A stretch of DNA of 64,000 nucleotides from Camelus ferus (GCF_009834535.1 NC_045707.1:57352001-57416000), one strand, 5' to 3'; shown: positions 40,341 through 54,490, counted from the first letter of the stretch. Notes: a model not told the origin generated them from the letters alone. Made by a program: numbers and translations.

Positions 40341-43070
40341 CTCAAACAACAGAATTTAAATTAAAAAAAAAAATTGAAACCAAATACATTATTTGTATTA
40401 ATTACTACACTGGATTAAAAAAACAGAAATATTAGTAAGAAAAGTATAATAAAGTAAGAAAAATGCTTAACAGTTTTTAAAGGGAACTCTAAGTCAGTTA
40501 CTTAGCAATCTAATTGAACTATATTCAAATGTAATCAAGTACCTACTACTCTTGATAAGTAGTCTTACTGATTATTTCCCTTTATAAAGCTTTGTATCTA
40601 TTTAATAACCTGAAGTTTAATTTATGTAAAATAATTAAAAGTGAAAGAATCCTTTCATCTTCATTAAATTTGGTCTTTGAAAAATATGCATACATAACAG
40701 AAACAAATATTGGCTTTTATTATAAATAATTTCAAGAAAGGAAGATTTATTATCTTTGTCAACTGTTACAAATCCCCCTACCCCCAACTTGCCCCCACAC
40801 ACACATACTTTTTTTTTAGCCACTGTTGAACTAGTTTAAGGCGTTTTGATAGCTTACCTACTTGCCTGGTCCATGATTATCATATTATTTCATTTAGGAA
40901 ACCATCTAAGAAATGGTCCATAGTGACTTATGTTCCACGTGGAGAGAGACACAGACAACAATCCTAAGCTCACGTTGAAACATGGCAACAATTCTGTGGC
41001 CAAACCACTTTACAGAAGAAACGTTTTCCACTCTCTGGAAGGCTGCCCTTCCTCTTATTTTGAGGAGGGCAGCTTCTTGTCATCCTCCTCATCAGGGTGG
41101 AGATCACAGTGCAGTAACTCTTCAGTTCATTTCTGTGTCTAAGAGCCAAGAGAGGACAGTGACCTGTTTCTCTCCTCACACTTTCATAACACACTATGCA
41201 GTGTATTCAGAATCTTGCTGAGAATCTCTGTGTCACCTTGCTGTGCAAGAATAGATATTTTTGGTACTCTCCATCCTGACTGCTTGTGATTGTACTACAT
41301 CATGATCTAATATGACAGCTGCCGGAGGAAACTTACAGCCTCTTCGACGATGTTCTTAATACCACACAGCCATCATTGCTCCATTCCTCTTCTCCATCTC
41401 TCAGTCACTGGACTGGGGTTTTCATCTCCTACTTGGTCTTCAAGTAGGGTAATAAAAACTGGATAGATATTATACAGTATGTAGTCATCCCTAGTCTCAT
41501 TAGATGACAGGATAGGCCACTCATTTTAAAAGACAAGCCTGACAAATTGGCAGATAAATGGACTTTTCGTTTCATTGGTTGTATCAATGTAGAATTTCTT
41601 TAATTTTATGATTTGCTTAACAAATGAGAAGAGTAACTATCCAATCTTATTCTTTAAGTAAGGACTTTTAAAAATACACATTTACATAGGCAGTAAGAAA
41701 CTAAAGAGGACACTGTAGACTTTGAAACAGGCATGGAATGAGAAGGTTGTTTTCCTTTAATGCTGGGTTATACTGACAATTATCTCTGATAAAAATGAAT
41801 GGGCAGTGTGACAGGAATAATCGGTGGCTGAGAGAAAGAGATTCTTTGCATCAGTCTGAACTGATGGCGCTTCACCTGATTGAGGGTACGTTGTAAGGAA
41901 GCACTTTAACCTAATTAAAACTTTCTGAGCTTTTTTCCCCTCTTTCAAAACTAAGATTTTTATACAATTTAATTTGAAGGATACTGAAATACAAAGGCAT
42001 ATTTTTGTCATGCCTAAGGACAGGTTAATAATGCATTCAGATTCAAATCATCTTCCACATTGATAAAACTGACCTACTTTTTCTTTCTGAGAGAAAAAAT
42101 CTTATGAAATATTTTCACGTAAAAATGTTGCATTTTGGTGTCTTTCTTTCTACATTCTATAATTAAACCTGGCACATCACCCCAAAAGTTAAATGAAGTT
42201 TAGTTCATTTTCAGGTCTGGGCTTTTTAATGAGTTAGCATCTCTGCTGCCTGAGACAAGTGACAGTCACTGCTTTGCATGCCAGAGAATTTTTCTGACAG
42301 TAGTGATAATGATGCAGATGTTTTTCTATATGGGAATCTTCCAACATTATCCCTAATGAAAACACATGCCTACTTCCTGGCAAATTAAAAAAATCATTTT
42401 TCAAAACAACATAATTCAAATGCCTTCATTGTAAGATGGCAAATGTAAACAGTCCATTATTTTCTTCATATTGTTTTTGCTGTGTTCTGTTGTAGCAATA
42501 AATTGATTTTTTTAAACTTTTCTTTCTGGTCTTGATATGGAAGCAACTTTTACAAAATTTTATATGGATTCCAAGTGGAATTGGGATATTTAGAGCAGTA
42601 AGGTAATAATTAGAGCACAGAGGTTAAGCCTTGTGAATTGGCTCTTGAAACTGATTTGCCATGACATCTTGAACCTTATGTCTATGTACGCTCATTTGGT
42701 TTCAAGAAAGAAAGAAATACAGTTGCTCTAAGTATTATGTTCTTTAACTTATGAGTGTAACTTTGTCATTAGAGATTGACAGAGAAGGAAATAATGAAAG
42801 ATCTGTGTAAATAATATTAAACAAATCTTTTTAAAAGTAAGGTATAATTGACATATAGTTTAATGTCTTTTTATTTAAAAATGTGAAATTTTGCAAAAAT
42901 GCAGCTGAGATTTTTCTAAACTGAACTCTAGATACATTTTGGGTTTACGTGAATGTTTGCTGCTGCCCTTTCTTCAAAGGAACATTTTTAATGTGTTCTA
43001 AAAAAAAAAAGCCCTTCATCAGTTAGCTTTAAAAAAAGAACTTCTAGCTCAATGCACAAGAGATATCCTT

Positions 43071-43603
43071 ACCCTGTTTTTTAAAAAATTTATTGTATTG
43101 TATTAAGATAATAAGACATACATCATCTTAACAAATTTTAGGTGTGCAACACACTTAACTAGGCACAGTGTTGTACAACAGAGCTCTAGAATTTATTCAT
43201 CTTGCTTAATTTAAATTTTATACCCATTGTTTAGTTATTCCCCATTTTTCCATTACCCCATCCTTGGCAACCACCTTTCCACTCATTAATTCTATGAATT
43301 TGATTATTTTAAATACCTGTTTAAGTGAAATTATGCAGTATTCGTCCTTCTGTGACTAGCTTATTTCACTTAGCATGAAAAAAAAGACAAGTGCTGGTAA
43401 GGATATAGAGAAACTGGAACCCTTACACACTGCTGGCGGGCTGGTGGGAATGCAAAATGATGCACCTGCTATGGAAACAGTATAGTTTTCTCAAAAAATT
43501 AGAACTAGAACTCTCATATGATCCAGCAGCCCTGCTTCTGGGTATTTATCCAAAAGAATTGAAATTAGGATCTTGAAGTGATATTAGCACTCACCCTATT
43601 CTT
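43071..43603 (-). mobile_element. 5'-inverted (twin-primed) L1MA/MB element with a degenerate target-site duplication
   Basis: Antisense 3'UTR 43082-43376 joined to a sense ORF2-end segment 43377-43592; flanked by accctgttttt (43071-43081) and accctattctt (43593-43603). Confidence 0.75.
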
Positions 43604-43847
43604 AAGCATCATGCATGCCCTGAAAGTCATGACAGTCTTATTACTGAGCCTCACCACAAGCTGGACGCACACCACCAGATGAGGTACAGAATGTGATGAG
43701 GACTGGAGAAGTCTACTGTGCCCATATCTTAGTCATAAAAAGTAGTGTTTTAAATTTATTTGTCTTTGTTAGGAGGACTATGTCAAAATGCCACATCAGA
43801 TGGACCTCATCAAATAAGTCATTTTATGACTTATTTACCGCCAGAGG

Positions 43848-44043
43848 GGTTCCATCAAAAACTAAAAATAAGAGTTACCACATGATCCAGCAGTCCCGCT
43901 CCTGAGCATATATCTGGAAAAGACAAAAACTCTAATTGGAAAAGATACATGCACCCCAATGTTCATAGCAGCACTATTTACGATAGCCAAGACATGAAAA
44001 CAACCTAAACATCCATCAACAGATGAATGAATAAAGAAGTTGT
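43848..44043 (+). mobile_element. Internal L1 ORF2 C-terminal fragment, low divergence, no tail
   Basis: agagttaccacatgatccagcagtcccgctcctgagcatatatc...aaagatacatgcaccccaatgttcatagcagcactattt...acagatgaatgaataaagaag. Confidence 0.85.
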
Positions 44044-44197
44044 TAGTTATTTGGGGGTGATGTGATAGTCATTGGGACATATAAGTGAATGACTCATCAG
44101 AATGAAATGGGAAGGGACCTAAGCAATCTGAATAATTCAGGCCAGGTGAAATCTGTCATTAGTTGCAGCTTGATTAAGTTTCTTTGCACCTATAGGT

Positions 44198-44533
44198 GGG
44201 TGCTGTCTGGTGTTCCTAAGGGCAAGAAGACTGTGATATACCTTTCAGAGAGAATGCTTTGCTGGATTAACTTTGTTCAAGCCTGAGTTACAGTGATGTT
44301 GGCCTTGAGTCCTGGGTTTATGGTCAACAATATGTATTGGATAAGGTGTTTTTAAACAAAAACACACATAAAACAAACTAATAAGTTGATCCATTGATGG
44401 AACTGTTGTAACCAGAGGTTTGCAGGAACCTAATTCTGAATTTTCCATAGAAGCAGTGGTTCAATATTTGCTGATTCAATGTTTACAGAAACTTTATAGG
44501 CCATAACTGGTGCAACAAACACGAATCAGTAGT
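44198..44533. mobile_element. MER82-like TcMar-Tigger fragment
   Basis: gtgctgtctggtgttcctaag...ataaggtgtttttaaacaaaaacacacataaaacaa...accagaggtttgcaggaacctaa...ggttcaatatttgctgattca. Confidence 0.75.
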
Positions 44534-45949
44534 AGTATTCATTTTCAATATAGTCAGTTCAAGAAGAGCGATCAGGCCTCCGAATGCAGTTAAATAATAT
44601 AAAGGATCATAATTCATAGTTTTCCAGGATACCTAGACATTGTAAATTACAATGAAACTATTTTTTATAGGTTTCACAGAGATTACCAAAATGTACCTCA
44701 CATAGGATTAGTATAAACTGAGGGTTTTGGTCATAGCTGAGACAGTTGTAACTTCTGCCATTTGATAACTTCTTTGGAAAAGCACCAAATCTGCTTCTCT
44801 ATTTTGAAGATCTGCTTTGAAGGCTGCAAAACCACTATCTAAAGAAGTCTTTAAATGGTGAGTTAGCACATGTTTTAAAAACACTTTCTAAATAGTAGGA
44901 GGAACTATGGAACATTTGAAAAATTTAAGTAATACTGCAGTCATTTTGTATTTAAAACCCAGACCAGAAGTCAGGGTTGTTTTTTTTTTAACTCATTTCC
45001 CAACATGTATCTGAAACCTATTCCACTCTGAAGCTTCATTTTGTAAACAGTCATTCTAATTTCAGAAATACCTGTTTTTAGTAATTTTCACATTTAATTG
45101 TTAGAGAAAAATCTACCTTATAGGAAGAATTGCTTCCTGTAGTTAAGTGTAAAAGAACTTTGTCTACACCACATAAATTGGTAGAAAACTAGATAGGGAA
45201 TTACTTGAACTATAACTTGTTAATGTCTTCTCTTTTTATTGAACTGTCATTAACTCAGTTTTAACTGTCAACTTTTAAGTAGTCAAAATGGAAAGCAAAA
45301 AAGCAAAGTAAAACAAAATAATTAGTAGATATAAAAATAAGTCCGCACAATCTGATTTCAATTTTTTTTTTTTTTTTTTGCTTTAGGAATGAAATTCTGT
45401 GGTTTAAAAAATCATTGTTTATCTCCAATAGGATTTTTTAAACCACATTTTCTTAGGAAATCAGGACCCACTCTTTAACATGTCTGTGCCACCAGGATTC
45501 TGATGGATAATGCTTATATATACAGTCTTTTTGTGTTTTAATGATCTGGCTCTGACCTAATTGGTAAAATACTGAGTTAAGTTTTATGGTATATACTTTA
45601 ATGCTCAAGAGTTAAAGAAAATCAGAATGAGTCTAATGGGAATTTGGCAGTGAACATCCTGAAATTGATCAGGAAATAATTATAAGTAGTCTGTTTCTCT
45701 TTTATATCAACCCTATCCCATTTCTTCCATTTTTTTTTTAACAGACTTCTAGTTACCAGTAACTAGTCTACCTGAACATAAGGGAGAAGAGTTAAAAATA
45801 GTCAAGTGTGAATCATAAAAGTGACAGTGAAAAGGGTAACTGATGTATACAGTCTTTCACATGGACAGGTGATAAGATCAATACTTAGAGCACCTTTCAT
45901 TTTTCAATCTTTTCATAAATACTCTTGGCACATTTGTAAGATTAAATGT

Positions 45950-46220
45950 GCTGGCACCTTTAAAATAATGTAGAAAAGTGTTTAATACATGGGGAGAATT
46001 GTCCCAATATTTTAAGTGAAAGTTCGGATTATAAAAGGTATGTTTTGACTGAATTGATATTTATTTCTTAAAAATCAATAAATAAAACAGACTAGAAATA
46101 AATCTCCCAAAATGTTAACAGTGGTCATATCCTGGTATGGAATTACAGATGATTTTAATTTCTTGCTTGTACAGTTCTCTATTGTACAAATGTTCTATAG
46201 TGTATATCAATTACTTTTTT
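45950..46220 (+). mobile_element. L1ME-type 3' end
   Basis: caaaatgttaacagtggtcatatc...attacagatgattttaattt. Confidence 0.6.
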
Positions 46221-46484
46221 TGTCAATTCACTTTTGAAAAATTTAATTCTTTGTGTTCCCTTTCTCCTGAATATATTTTATTTGAAAAGGAGTACATACG
46301 AGTTATTTAAATTTAAAAAAAAAAAAGATGCCTTAGCTCTACAGGTTAAATATAAAACTAAGGCTCAGCCTATAAATTACATAAATATATGTTGGAACCC
46401 CTCAAGATCCTTATATCTTCTCTCTCTAAATTTCTCCCAGAGGGTAACATATAAACAAATGACTTCATTTGCCAACTAAATAGA

Positions 46485-46680
46485 TAACTCACAAATCATA
46501 TCTTACAACCTATATTCTTCTCTGATCTTCAGACCTACATGTCTAGCTATCTACTGAACATCTCTTGGAGATCACACAGTGACTCAAACGTTGTCCAAAG
46601 TCAAATTCATTATTCTGCATCCCTGCCTACACCACAAGACTAACCTTCTTTCCATCTTTTCTCACTCAGAGGCCACCACC
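46485..46680 (+). mobile_element. L2 fragment
   Basis: ctcacaaatcatatct...cttcagacctacat...ctactgaacatctcttgga...ctcaaacgttgtccaaa. Confidence 0.6.
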
Positions 46681-46829
46681 ACCACATTCTGTTCCATTTA
46701 CTCCTTAATCATATTTACGATTCCATTCAAAATTATATCCAACATCTCTTGCCTGCCAAACAATATTGAACTATATTGAACAATATTGTTTATTACTATT
46801 AGTCTCCTTTTCAACTATAACCCATTGAT

Positions 46830-46942
46830 TGTGTCCCAAATATTGCATGGGACATACTTAAACTAGAAACTGATTCAGTGTTTATCTGAGATGCCAATCT
46901 AACGGAGCCTCTTGTATTTTTACTTCCACTTCTGGCAACTTT
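46830..46942. mobile_element. MER53 half element (palindrome centre plus one arm)
   Basis: tgtcccaaatattgcatgggacatactta...tgtttatctga...tgtattttt...tctggcaacttta. Confidence 0.75.
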
Positions 46943-49900
46943 ATTATTAGCCATAATTTTAATTCAGTCAACTGGATAATTAGGTTTGTTCTTATTAACT
47001 GAGTTAAATCTTTTCTTTAGTGTTCATTTAACTAGCTGATATGATTCATATGACATTGACAATATATACCAACTGATCCAAAATGGTTAGTTTATTTTCC
47101 TGATAAATACCTTTTTAAGAAGGAGAAATTGATTTTACGATGCTTGCAAATTTTTAAGTACACTGGTAAATTTCAACCCTGCTAATAAGCCAATATCCTG
47201 GAATTTTGAGTTCCTTCATGAGATTTCACATTATCTTAATCCAGTCAGAAAAAGAGACAGATTTTGATCCCCAAACCTTGTTTGAATTTTACCCCAAATA
47301 AGCAAATAGAGATAATCCAGCTCTTTTGAATGGTGCTATACTAATTGGAAATGACATCTTCCCAAAATTCTGCTCAGGCGTTTGCTGTTACAGGGGACTC
47401 TGGCTGTGTAACAAGGACAGAACAGGAACAGCTGCCTTAAGGGAATTCTTTTTTAGACAACCGTAGGAAAGAGATTTCTCCCTGGTGGCTTGGCCACCTG
47501 CCATGGGGACCCTGTGGAAATGCTCTCTTATTTGTGATCTCATCTTTTCCCTTGCAGTCATTAAACAATTTGTACAAAGTATTTAATTTGTACTACCTTA
47601 TGAAAGCTATATGTGTTAAGAACCCACTAGGAAATATAAGCCAATTATAAAAATAAGAGAAATTAATGGTTAACGGCACAGTTTTAAAAATTATAGTCAT
47701 CCTTCAGTTTTATAGTTTCACAAATGATAGTTCTGCTTTTATATAACAGAATAATTATAATTAGTGGTGAAACTGTAAAACTGAACAAAGTATTTTCTTT
47801 TTCCTTTGGAAAATTAAGTATATGGCAGACTCATTTTAATTCACTTAAAACAGGTGATATAACAAATGATGAAGTTTGGAAACTTCATAATTGATGGAGA
47901 TTTTGAAGACTGTGGTATGTAACATATCAATAGTCCTGATGCTTCCCTGCTGAGTTTCTACAGAACTGGAAAAAAAAAAAAAAAAGGCTGTGCCCTTTAT
48001 TGTCAGGCATGAAGGGGCATTTAATCCTCATTGGCAAGTGATCCCAGAATACTCTCCTTGAGGGGCCTCTCATCCCTCCCACATCATTTGGGAAGTAGTT
48101 CTGGAGAACTTTCTTAATGTGCCCTTCTCATTAGCTCAGGAACAACATTTTAAAAAATGTCCCCGTTCCTTTGTAACTTGGCTAGACGGATGAGTAGATA
48201 TTTAAAGGTATCAATTTGTCCAAAATATTCCTCATATCCAAGCACTGGTGTTCACTTGCAATTGGAGACTGTATTTTTTTTTTTTTCATTCTAGTAGTAC
48301 CATTTTCATAAATTCACTTTAAGACACGAGTTAGGTCACAAATTCACCATTTCAATTCAGCTTCTTTTTTTTTTTTTTAACTGCTTAATGTCCTTTACAG
48401 CAAGTCATAAATGGCATGCATCACATTGCAACAGTAGGTGTGAGTCACGGAGTTGAGCTTGGAAATACATGTATGGGCTGTGAGAGGTAGACTTAGGGTT
48501 TTAGTGCTGTTAAGGTGGTATCATAGTTAGTGGTCCTGGAGTACTCAGATCTTCTTTTGCATTCCATCCTTCTTGTCAGGGAGTTACCCACCAAGGAAGC
48601 AAGGTGAAAGGCTCATAGCCAAATAGGAAACTAATAGTCACTTTGTTATTAGCGTAGAAAACACCCAAATCCTCTCTAGCACAGCTCTTCTGGTGAAATA
48701 TGGATTGGAGAGTGAAGTTTGGGCCAGATGTCTTAAGTGAACCCTGATTTTCCTCCAGTCTGAATCTGAGACATCAGGTTTGGTTTAAAAAGGTAGAAGA
48801 GAAAACAAGAGGATCAGCTACATCTTCTACAAGCAGGCAGCCCCTGCCTGAGTTTTTTTGACATGGGTGCAGAAAGAGAAGAAGACATGTCTCATGGCTA
48901 CTAAACTTTTAGAGACGCTATTAGTAATCCTTGTAAAACTGAGGCCCATATAGTTCCTGGGTGCTGACCAATCACGTGAGCAGATGGGGCTTCCTTCCCT
49001 GGGGATGTTGAGACCATACGTAAGCAGGTGTGCAGAGGCTAACATGAGAAAGGGAGGGCAAGAAGTGTTTAGTCCCAAGATGCCACATTTGTTTTCAATC
49101 TTCAAATTCAGTGCTTTCTTGTTTTTGTTTTTGACTAAGTAATGTCATCTTACCGATGGCCTGGTTGTCAGATGCATCTTGTTAGGAGACAGTTGAGGTT
49201 GAGGCCGATTTTATTTCTTGAAGACAGTAGTTATATTGTCACAGTTGTCACTGAAACCATGGAGGAATGCTTCCTGTTCAAGTCCATGGTCCATTTCTGA
49301 AAGGAATGTCAGTCACCATATTGATTCCATCAGTGATACCATCAAATGTCTTCTTTAATGACTGAACCCTCCTTTCTAAATCATTTCAAACTGATAGGGA
49401 TGGTCTTTTCTCTGTCAATATTTTTCTTGTCCAGTGGGTGGCATGTTTTCATCAAAGCTGATGGCCATAGAGAGATGTGAAAAAAAAAAAAAAAACATTA
49501 CTCAAGACATTTTATTCTTGGATTTTCACAGGATTGATTTGACCCTTAAGGATCTTACTGTAGCAGACATGACTTGTAGCCAGTGTATGCCATTTTCTTT
49601 TCTTTTCTTTTCTTTTTTTCAAAAGATGGTTGGTTCTAGACATTAAATTTCATACCCTAAATTTTGTTTTTTAATAGGAATTGTAATGTTGCAATGTTAA
49701 ACAAAATGTCTCCACAGTTAGAAAAGCATATGGAAACTATATAGATACATGGATAGCTATGCCTTTAAATGCATAAAATGTATTTATGGGTGCCATTTTT
49801 CCAAAATGGAAGAAGAAATTCAAGGTAAAAATTAGATATTTTGGGACTATCTCTTCTGTAATAGATGAGCCAATTTTCAATTGCTCTGGAATTATTTCTA

Positions 49901-50934
49901 CAAACCCTCCTAAAATAAGTAGACCATGTATTTGGTGACGTAAGCTCTATTTCTGTTTTATTCTTGTCATATCGAGTACAGTATGCACATTCACATCAGG
50001 GCTCTTGATTTTTGCACGCATGGACTCCACTAAATGCAACTAAATTTAGAACCACAAATTTATTTTAGATACCTCCCTTGGTTGAAATGTTGTTTCAGAC
50101 AAACTGCCTAGTTTTTATTACATTACAATAAATACATTATGGCTTAATATTGTGAATGTGGTCCAGCTTCCCAGGTGGCCTATAATTATAAAAGGATATG
50201 AAGGGGCTCAACTGTCACTTTTAATGTTATAAAAATATTTAAATATTGTAAAGTCAGATTCCACAGCAAATAACTTTTCTTTATTCACCTCTTATCTGAG
50301 TTTCCAAATTTGAAAAATGCATAAATTCATTTAAAAATTATAGGTAGCTATAGTTAAATATCAATCTTAATATTTACATTTTTTTCTTTTTGAAAAAAAG
50401 GACATTCTTGCTTGCTTTTTAATGAAAACCATACATTTAACAAGCTTTAAGAACATTATAATGTGGTAGGATTTGGACTGTGCAATTTTCCCATTTGGAC
50501 TTTGTTTCTCATTCATTTGCTCTAATAATTCTGATCATATGTCTTTCTACTTTTTTTCCTCTTGAGGTAACTTGGTCTAAAGTCGTTTTCTTTTTCACAA
50601 TGTTATTGAAAGATTTCTTTTTTCCAGTCACTGATATAGAGGAGTTTATTTAACCTGAGTATAATTCTATTGACATTTTAGAGGCTAGCCTATCCATAAT
50701 GAGAAACTGGAGCATCTTATGTTTGAAAGATGTTACCATCCATTAAAATACATATCTTGCTTTCCACATATATAAACTTTGAGGAATGGGGGCTAATGTC
50801 ATCTTTTTATTATTTTAAATACTTTTCTTAAATATATGTAGGTCTTTATGTTGCAAAGTCTTTAGTTTCCAAAATCACGTTTTAGTTTCCAAATATTTTT
50901 ATCTCTTAAAAAATACCCAGAATACCCTCTGCTG

Positions 50935-51895
50935 TTTTAAAAGTCAGGTTTATTGAAATGTAATTACTATGGAGCAATATTTTCCCTTCTCAATGTACAG
51001 TTTTAAGAGTTTTAATAATCCCACACAAACATGTTAACCATAACTATAATAAAGATGTATAGAACAGTTCCAACACTCCTTCAGATTTTCTTATGCCTGG
51101 TAGTCAATTCATCCCCACCCCCAGCTTCTGGCAACCTTTGATCTGTTTTATGTCCTTATAATTTTGCCTTATCCTGGGTTTCACATAAATGAAATCATCA
51201 CAGAGTCTGGCTTTTTTTCACTTAGCAACATGCATTTCAGGTTCGTCTACATTGTTGCATGTGTGAGTAGTTTGTTCCTTTTTATTGCCTAGTAGTATTC
51301 CATGGTTTGGATCTGCTTCCATTTGAGTATTCATTCACAGCTGAGGGCTATTGAATTGTTTCCAGTTTGTGGCAATTATGAATAAAGTGTGTTTGCATCC
51401 CCTTTTTATATGAATATACATTTTTATTTATTTTGGAGACATAGCTAAATATAGATAAGTGACTCAGTGTAGGTTTATATTTGTAGAAAACTATTATTTT
51501 TTCTCAAGTAGATATGCCATTTTCCATTCCCACCAGCAATATATATGAGTTCTAGTTGTTCAACATTCTTGATCATACTAGCTATTGTCAGTATGTTAAA
51601 AAAATCTAGACATTCTAATAAATGTATACATGTTCTTATGGTTTTTAATTTGAATTTCTTAGTGACTTACGATGTTGATTATCTTTTCATATTTGTTACC
51701 CATATATCTTCCCTGATTATATGCCTGGTCAAATACTTCATCTAATTTTTAATTTTTAATTTGAATTTAATTAATTTATCTTGTTATTGACTTTTGAGGG
51801 CACTTTATATATTATGGATATGGGGCAATTATCAGCTATATGGTTTGCAAACATTTTCTCTCAGTCAGCTTGTCTTTTCATGTTCCTAGTAGTGC
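50935..51895 (-). mobile_element. L1MB/MC-type 3'UTR and ORF2 end
   Basis: ggtttattgaaatgtaatt...tgtacagtttt...ctggcaacc...ttcacttagcaaca...tccattcccaccagcaat...tttgcaaacattttctc. Confidence 0.85.
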
Positions 51896-52109
51896 CCTAA
51901 CTAAGAGTTAGGTTCTGTATCTCTCTTTAAAAAAAAAAAACAAATAACGACTTTAGTCTATCCTCTCTTAGTTTCTATACCTTCATATTAACAAATTTAC
52001 TCTGATTTCTAATGAACAAATTATAATATAATTTTTGGAATCGGAAGAGGCTAGAAGGAAACAAACTCTAGAGATAGTATACTTCTGTATAACATTTGCT
52101 TGAATAATA

Positions 52110-52520
52110 TGGCAATGAGGTATTATTTTGGCTGTAAGTAGCAGAAAATCCAACTTCAGTGGCTTAAACAAATAAGACTATTTTTCTTCATTACAGTAAG
52201 TTGAGAGATAGGCAGCTGCTTTCGGGGATTCAGGAGCTCCATGTGATCAGAGCTGATGTCTATGTGTTCCCTTGGCCTTTCTCTTGCAGTGAAAGGTTGC
52301 TGCTACAGTTGATAATATCCACACTCGGAACAGGAAATAGAGGAGGGAAAAGGACAGGACTTGTAGCAAGACAGCAACACTTTCCCAGGAGCCTCTCATC
52401 CACTTCTTGTTGAATTCTCACTGGACAGAACTGGGTCAGGTGGCCAGGCATTGCTGGGAGGAAGGAGCTGAAAATGGGGGTTGGTTAAGGTGAGCCTACC
52501 CAGTGTCTGCCTAACACAGC
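52110..52520. mobile_element. MaLR/ERVL solo LTR remnant (MLT1K/LTR33-like)
   Basis: ggctgtaagtagcagaaaatccaacttcagtggcttaaacaaataag...ctcactggacagaactgggtca. Confidence 0.6.
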
Positions 52521-54289
52521 AGTTTAAAAATAACATCAAAATACAAAAGTAAGTAAAACTATGTGCAAAAGCAGAAGACAGAACAGTCAGAATCTAGCTT
52601 TGAACTCAGTTGTTTCCACACCACTGGCCAAGCAACCAAATTCTAAAGGCATCATTCTATCCAAATCTTAAGCATGCATATAGTAGTAGTAATAGAAATA
52701 TAACAGCTGTTACAGTAAAAGTATAAGAATAATGAGTTATGGCTCATGAAGCCAATACTTAATCTTCTTTGGCTGACTTTTGAAGATAGGGTTTTACATA
52801 TTTGAGAAATAGAATGTATAGAGAGTAGGTCCTTTAAAGTCACAGAGAAAAGGGACTAAGGACAGGAAATTCATGATACAGATTTGTCATCTTTTTCCTG
52901 CCTCTCTGTAGCAATCATGGTTTTCAAGAACAAGAAGAATGGTTCAAGGTAAGTTTATATTGTGATATTATCTATAGTCTGTGATAAATGAAAGCCCAGG
53001 GCAAATATCCTCTTGCCCTAGGATTTTAGCTGTTTGTCTGAACTCTATCTGTTGTAAACTTTGTAAGCAAGAGAAGCTTTTAGTACTTTTGCACTTGTTA
53101 TTTTCTGAGTGACAAAATTTCCATTCAGAAAAAGTAGTCTATCTGCTCTTAATATAAAGAAAAGTAAAATTTAAATTATTTATTCAAAATATTTTAAAAT
53201 AGCCTTTCTATAGTGAACATTAATGTAAATCAAAGTTTTAGAACAACCATTTCCCCCCCATATTTTGGCCCAGGTGCCTAACATACTGACTAAATAGCTT
53301 CAAAATTAATATTAGCTGAATGAATGAGTGACTAGTCTTTTTGAGCCAACTCACTACATTTCCATTGCCTTTATTGAAATGATCTATATTTGTAAATTTT
53401 CCATAGCTTGGAATATTCAAGTTCTAAATATTCATAATGCTATTGGGTTTGTGGGATTTATTCAAGGTTAGAAAATTACTGATGATAAAATGTAAGCTAA
53501 AACTCTGTACAAAAATTTTTATAAATTATTTGACTTTCACTAGGAATTAAACCCATTGTACCCAATAGAATGTGTTTAGAAATGCTGTAGCTGAAGTTTG
53601 CCCGACATTTGGGGACCCAAAAGGTTCAGAAGACTATAAACCCCAGGCATTGTCCCTTGCAGAAACTTGTACAATCATTTTCTTTTTCCCTTTAGGAAAT
53701 TTCTCAGGGTATCTAGAGTATCTGGTAAAATACTTCAGCTTTCCCATAACAACCTTCTTCAAAATTTTATACTTTTACAATTGTCCTTGAAAAGTTAGAT
53801 AGGCAGGGGTAGGTTTTGTCCCTTAGGAAATAAAGGGGTAAGAAATGTTCATACGATGGCACAGCTAATGGAAATAGAATCGATATCTCCAAGCTTTGAG
53901 TTGACCCTATACGAGACCATGAGCTTTTTAGCCCACTTTTGAAAACCAACTAATCAGAATCTATTGGACTTTATAGGAAAAAAGACTGGCAATAATAGTG
54001 GTCTTACTTCACTTAATCTTAGTATGTTATAGTCATAAAAGAGGATTCAAATGCTATTTTACTTTCACTTGGAGCGACGCATTTGTTGGTTTCAGAATTG
54101 TACATTTGTAGCCACCGCTTGTATAATGGTAAACACCATGTAAAACCCAGAAACCTTTATTCTAAATATAAATACTTGTGACATCTGCCCATCGGCACAT
54201 CTGTTTCAACACATCCTGCCAAAATAGTCGTCATCTGATGTTGTCTCAATATAAGAAAACCTGATGCGGTTAAAAGAGGAAAGATTTTG

Positions 54290-54490
54290 GAGGCAATTAG
54301 ATATGAATCTCTGTACCAAACTGGCCACTAACTAGCTGTGCAATTATGAGCATGTTACCATCTCCATGGCTGTTTTCTTGTGTATAAGAATGCCTGAATC
54401 AAAGTTGTGAGAATTGAGTGAACTCATAAATATAAAGTGCTTATTAGCATTACGCTTGGCCTATATAGTAAGCCCTCATTAAATACACAC
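54290..54490 (+). mobile_element. MIR
   Basis: ccactaactagctgtg...gttgtgagaattgagtga...taaagtgctta...atagtaagccctca. Confidence 0.7.

Noticed and set aside
46830..46942. MER53-derived miR-1302-like hairpin
   Set aside because: Only the centre and one arm remain, so the long hairpin cannot form.
50861..50893. 13-bp direct repeat tttagtttccaaa with a 20-nt period
   Set aside because: A trivial micro-duplication in AT-rich DNA with no functional hint.
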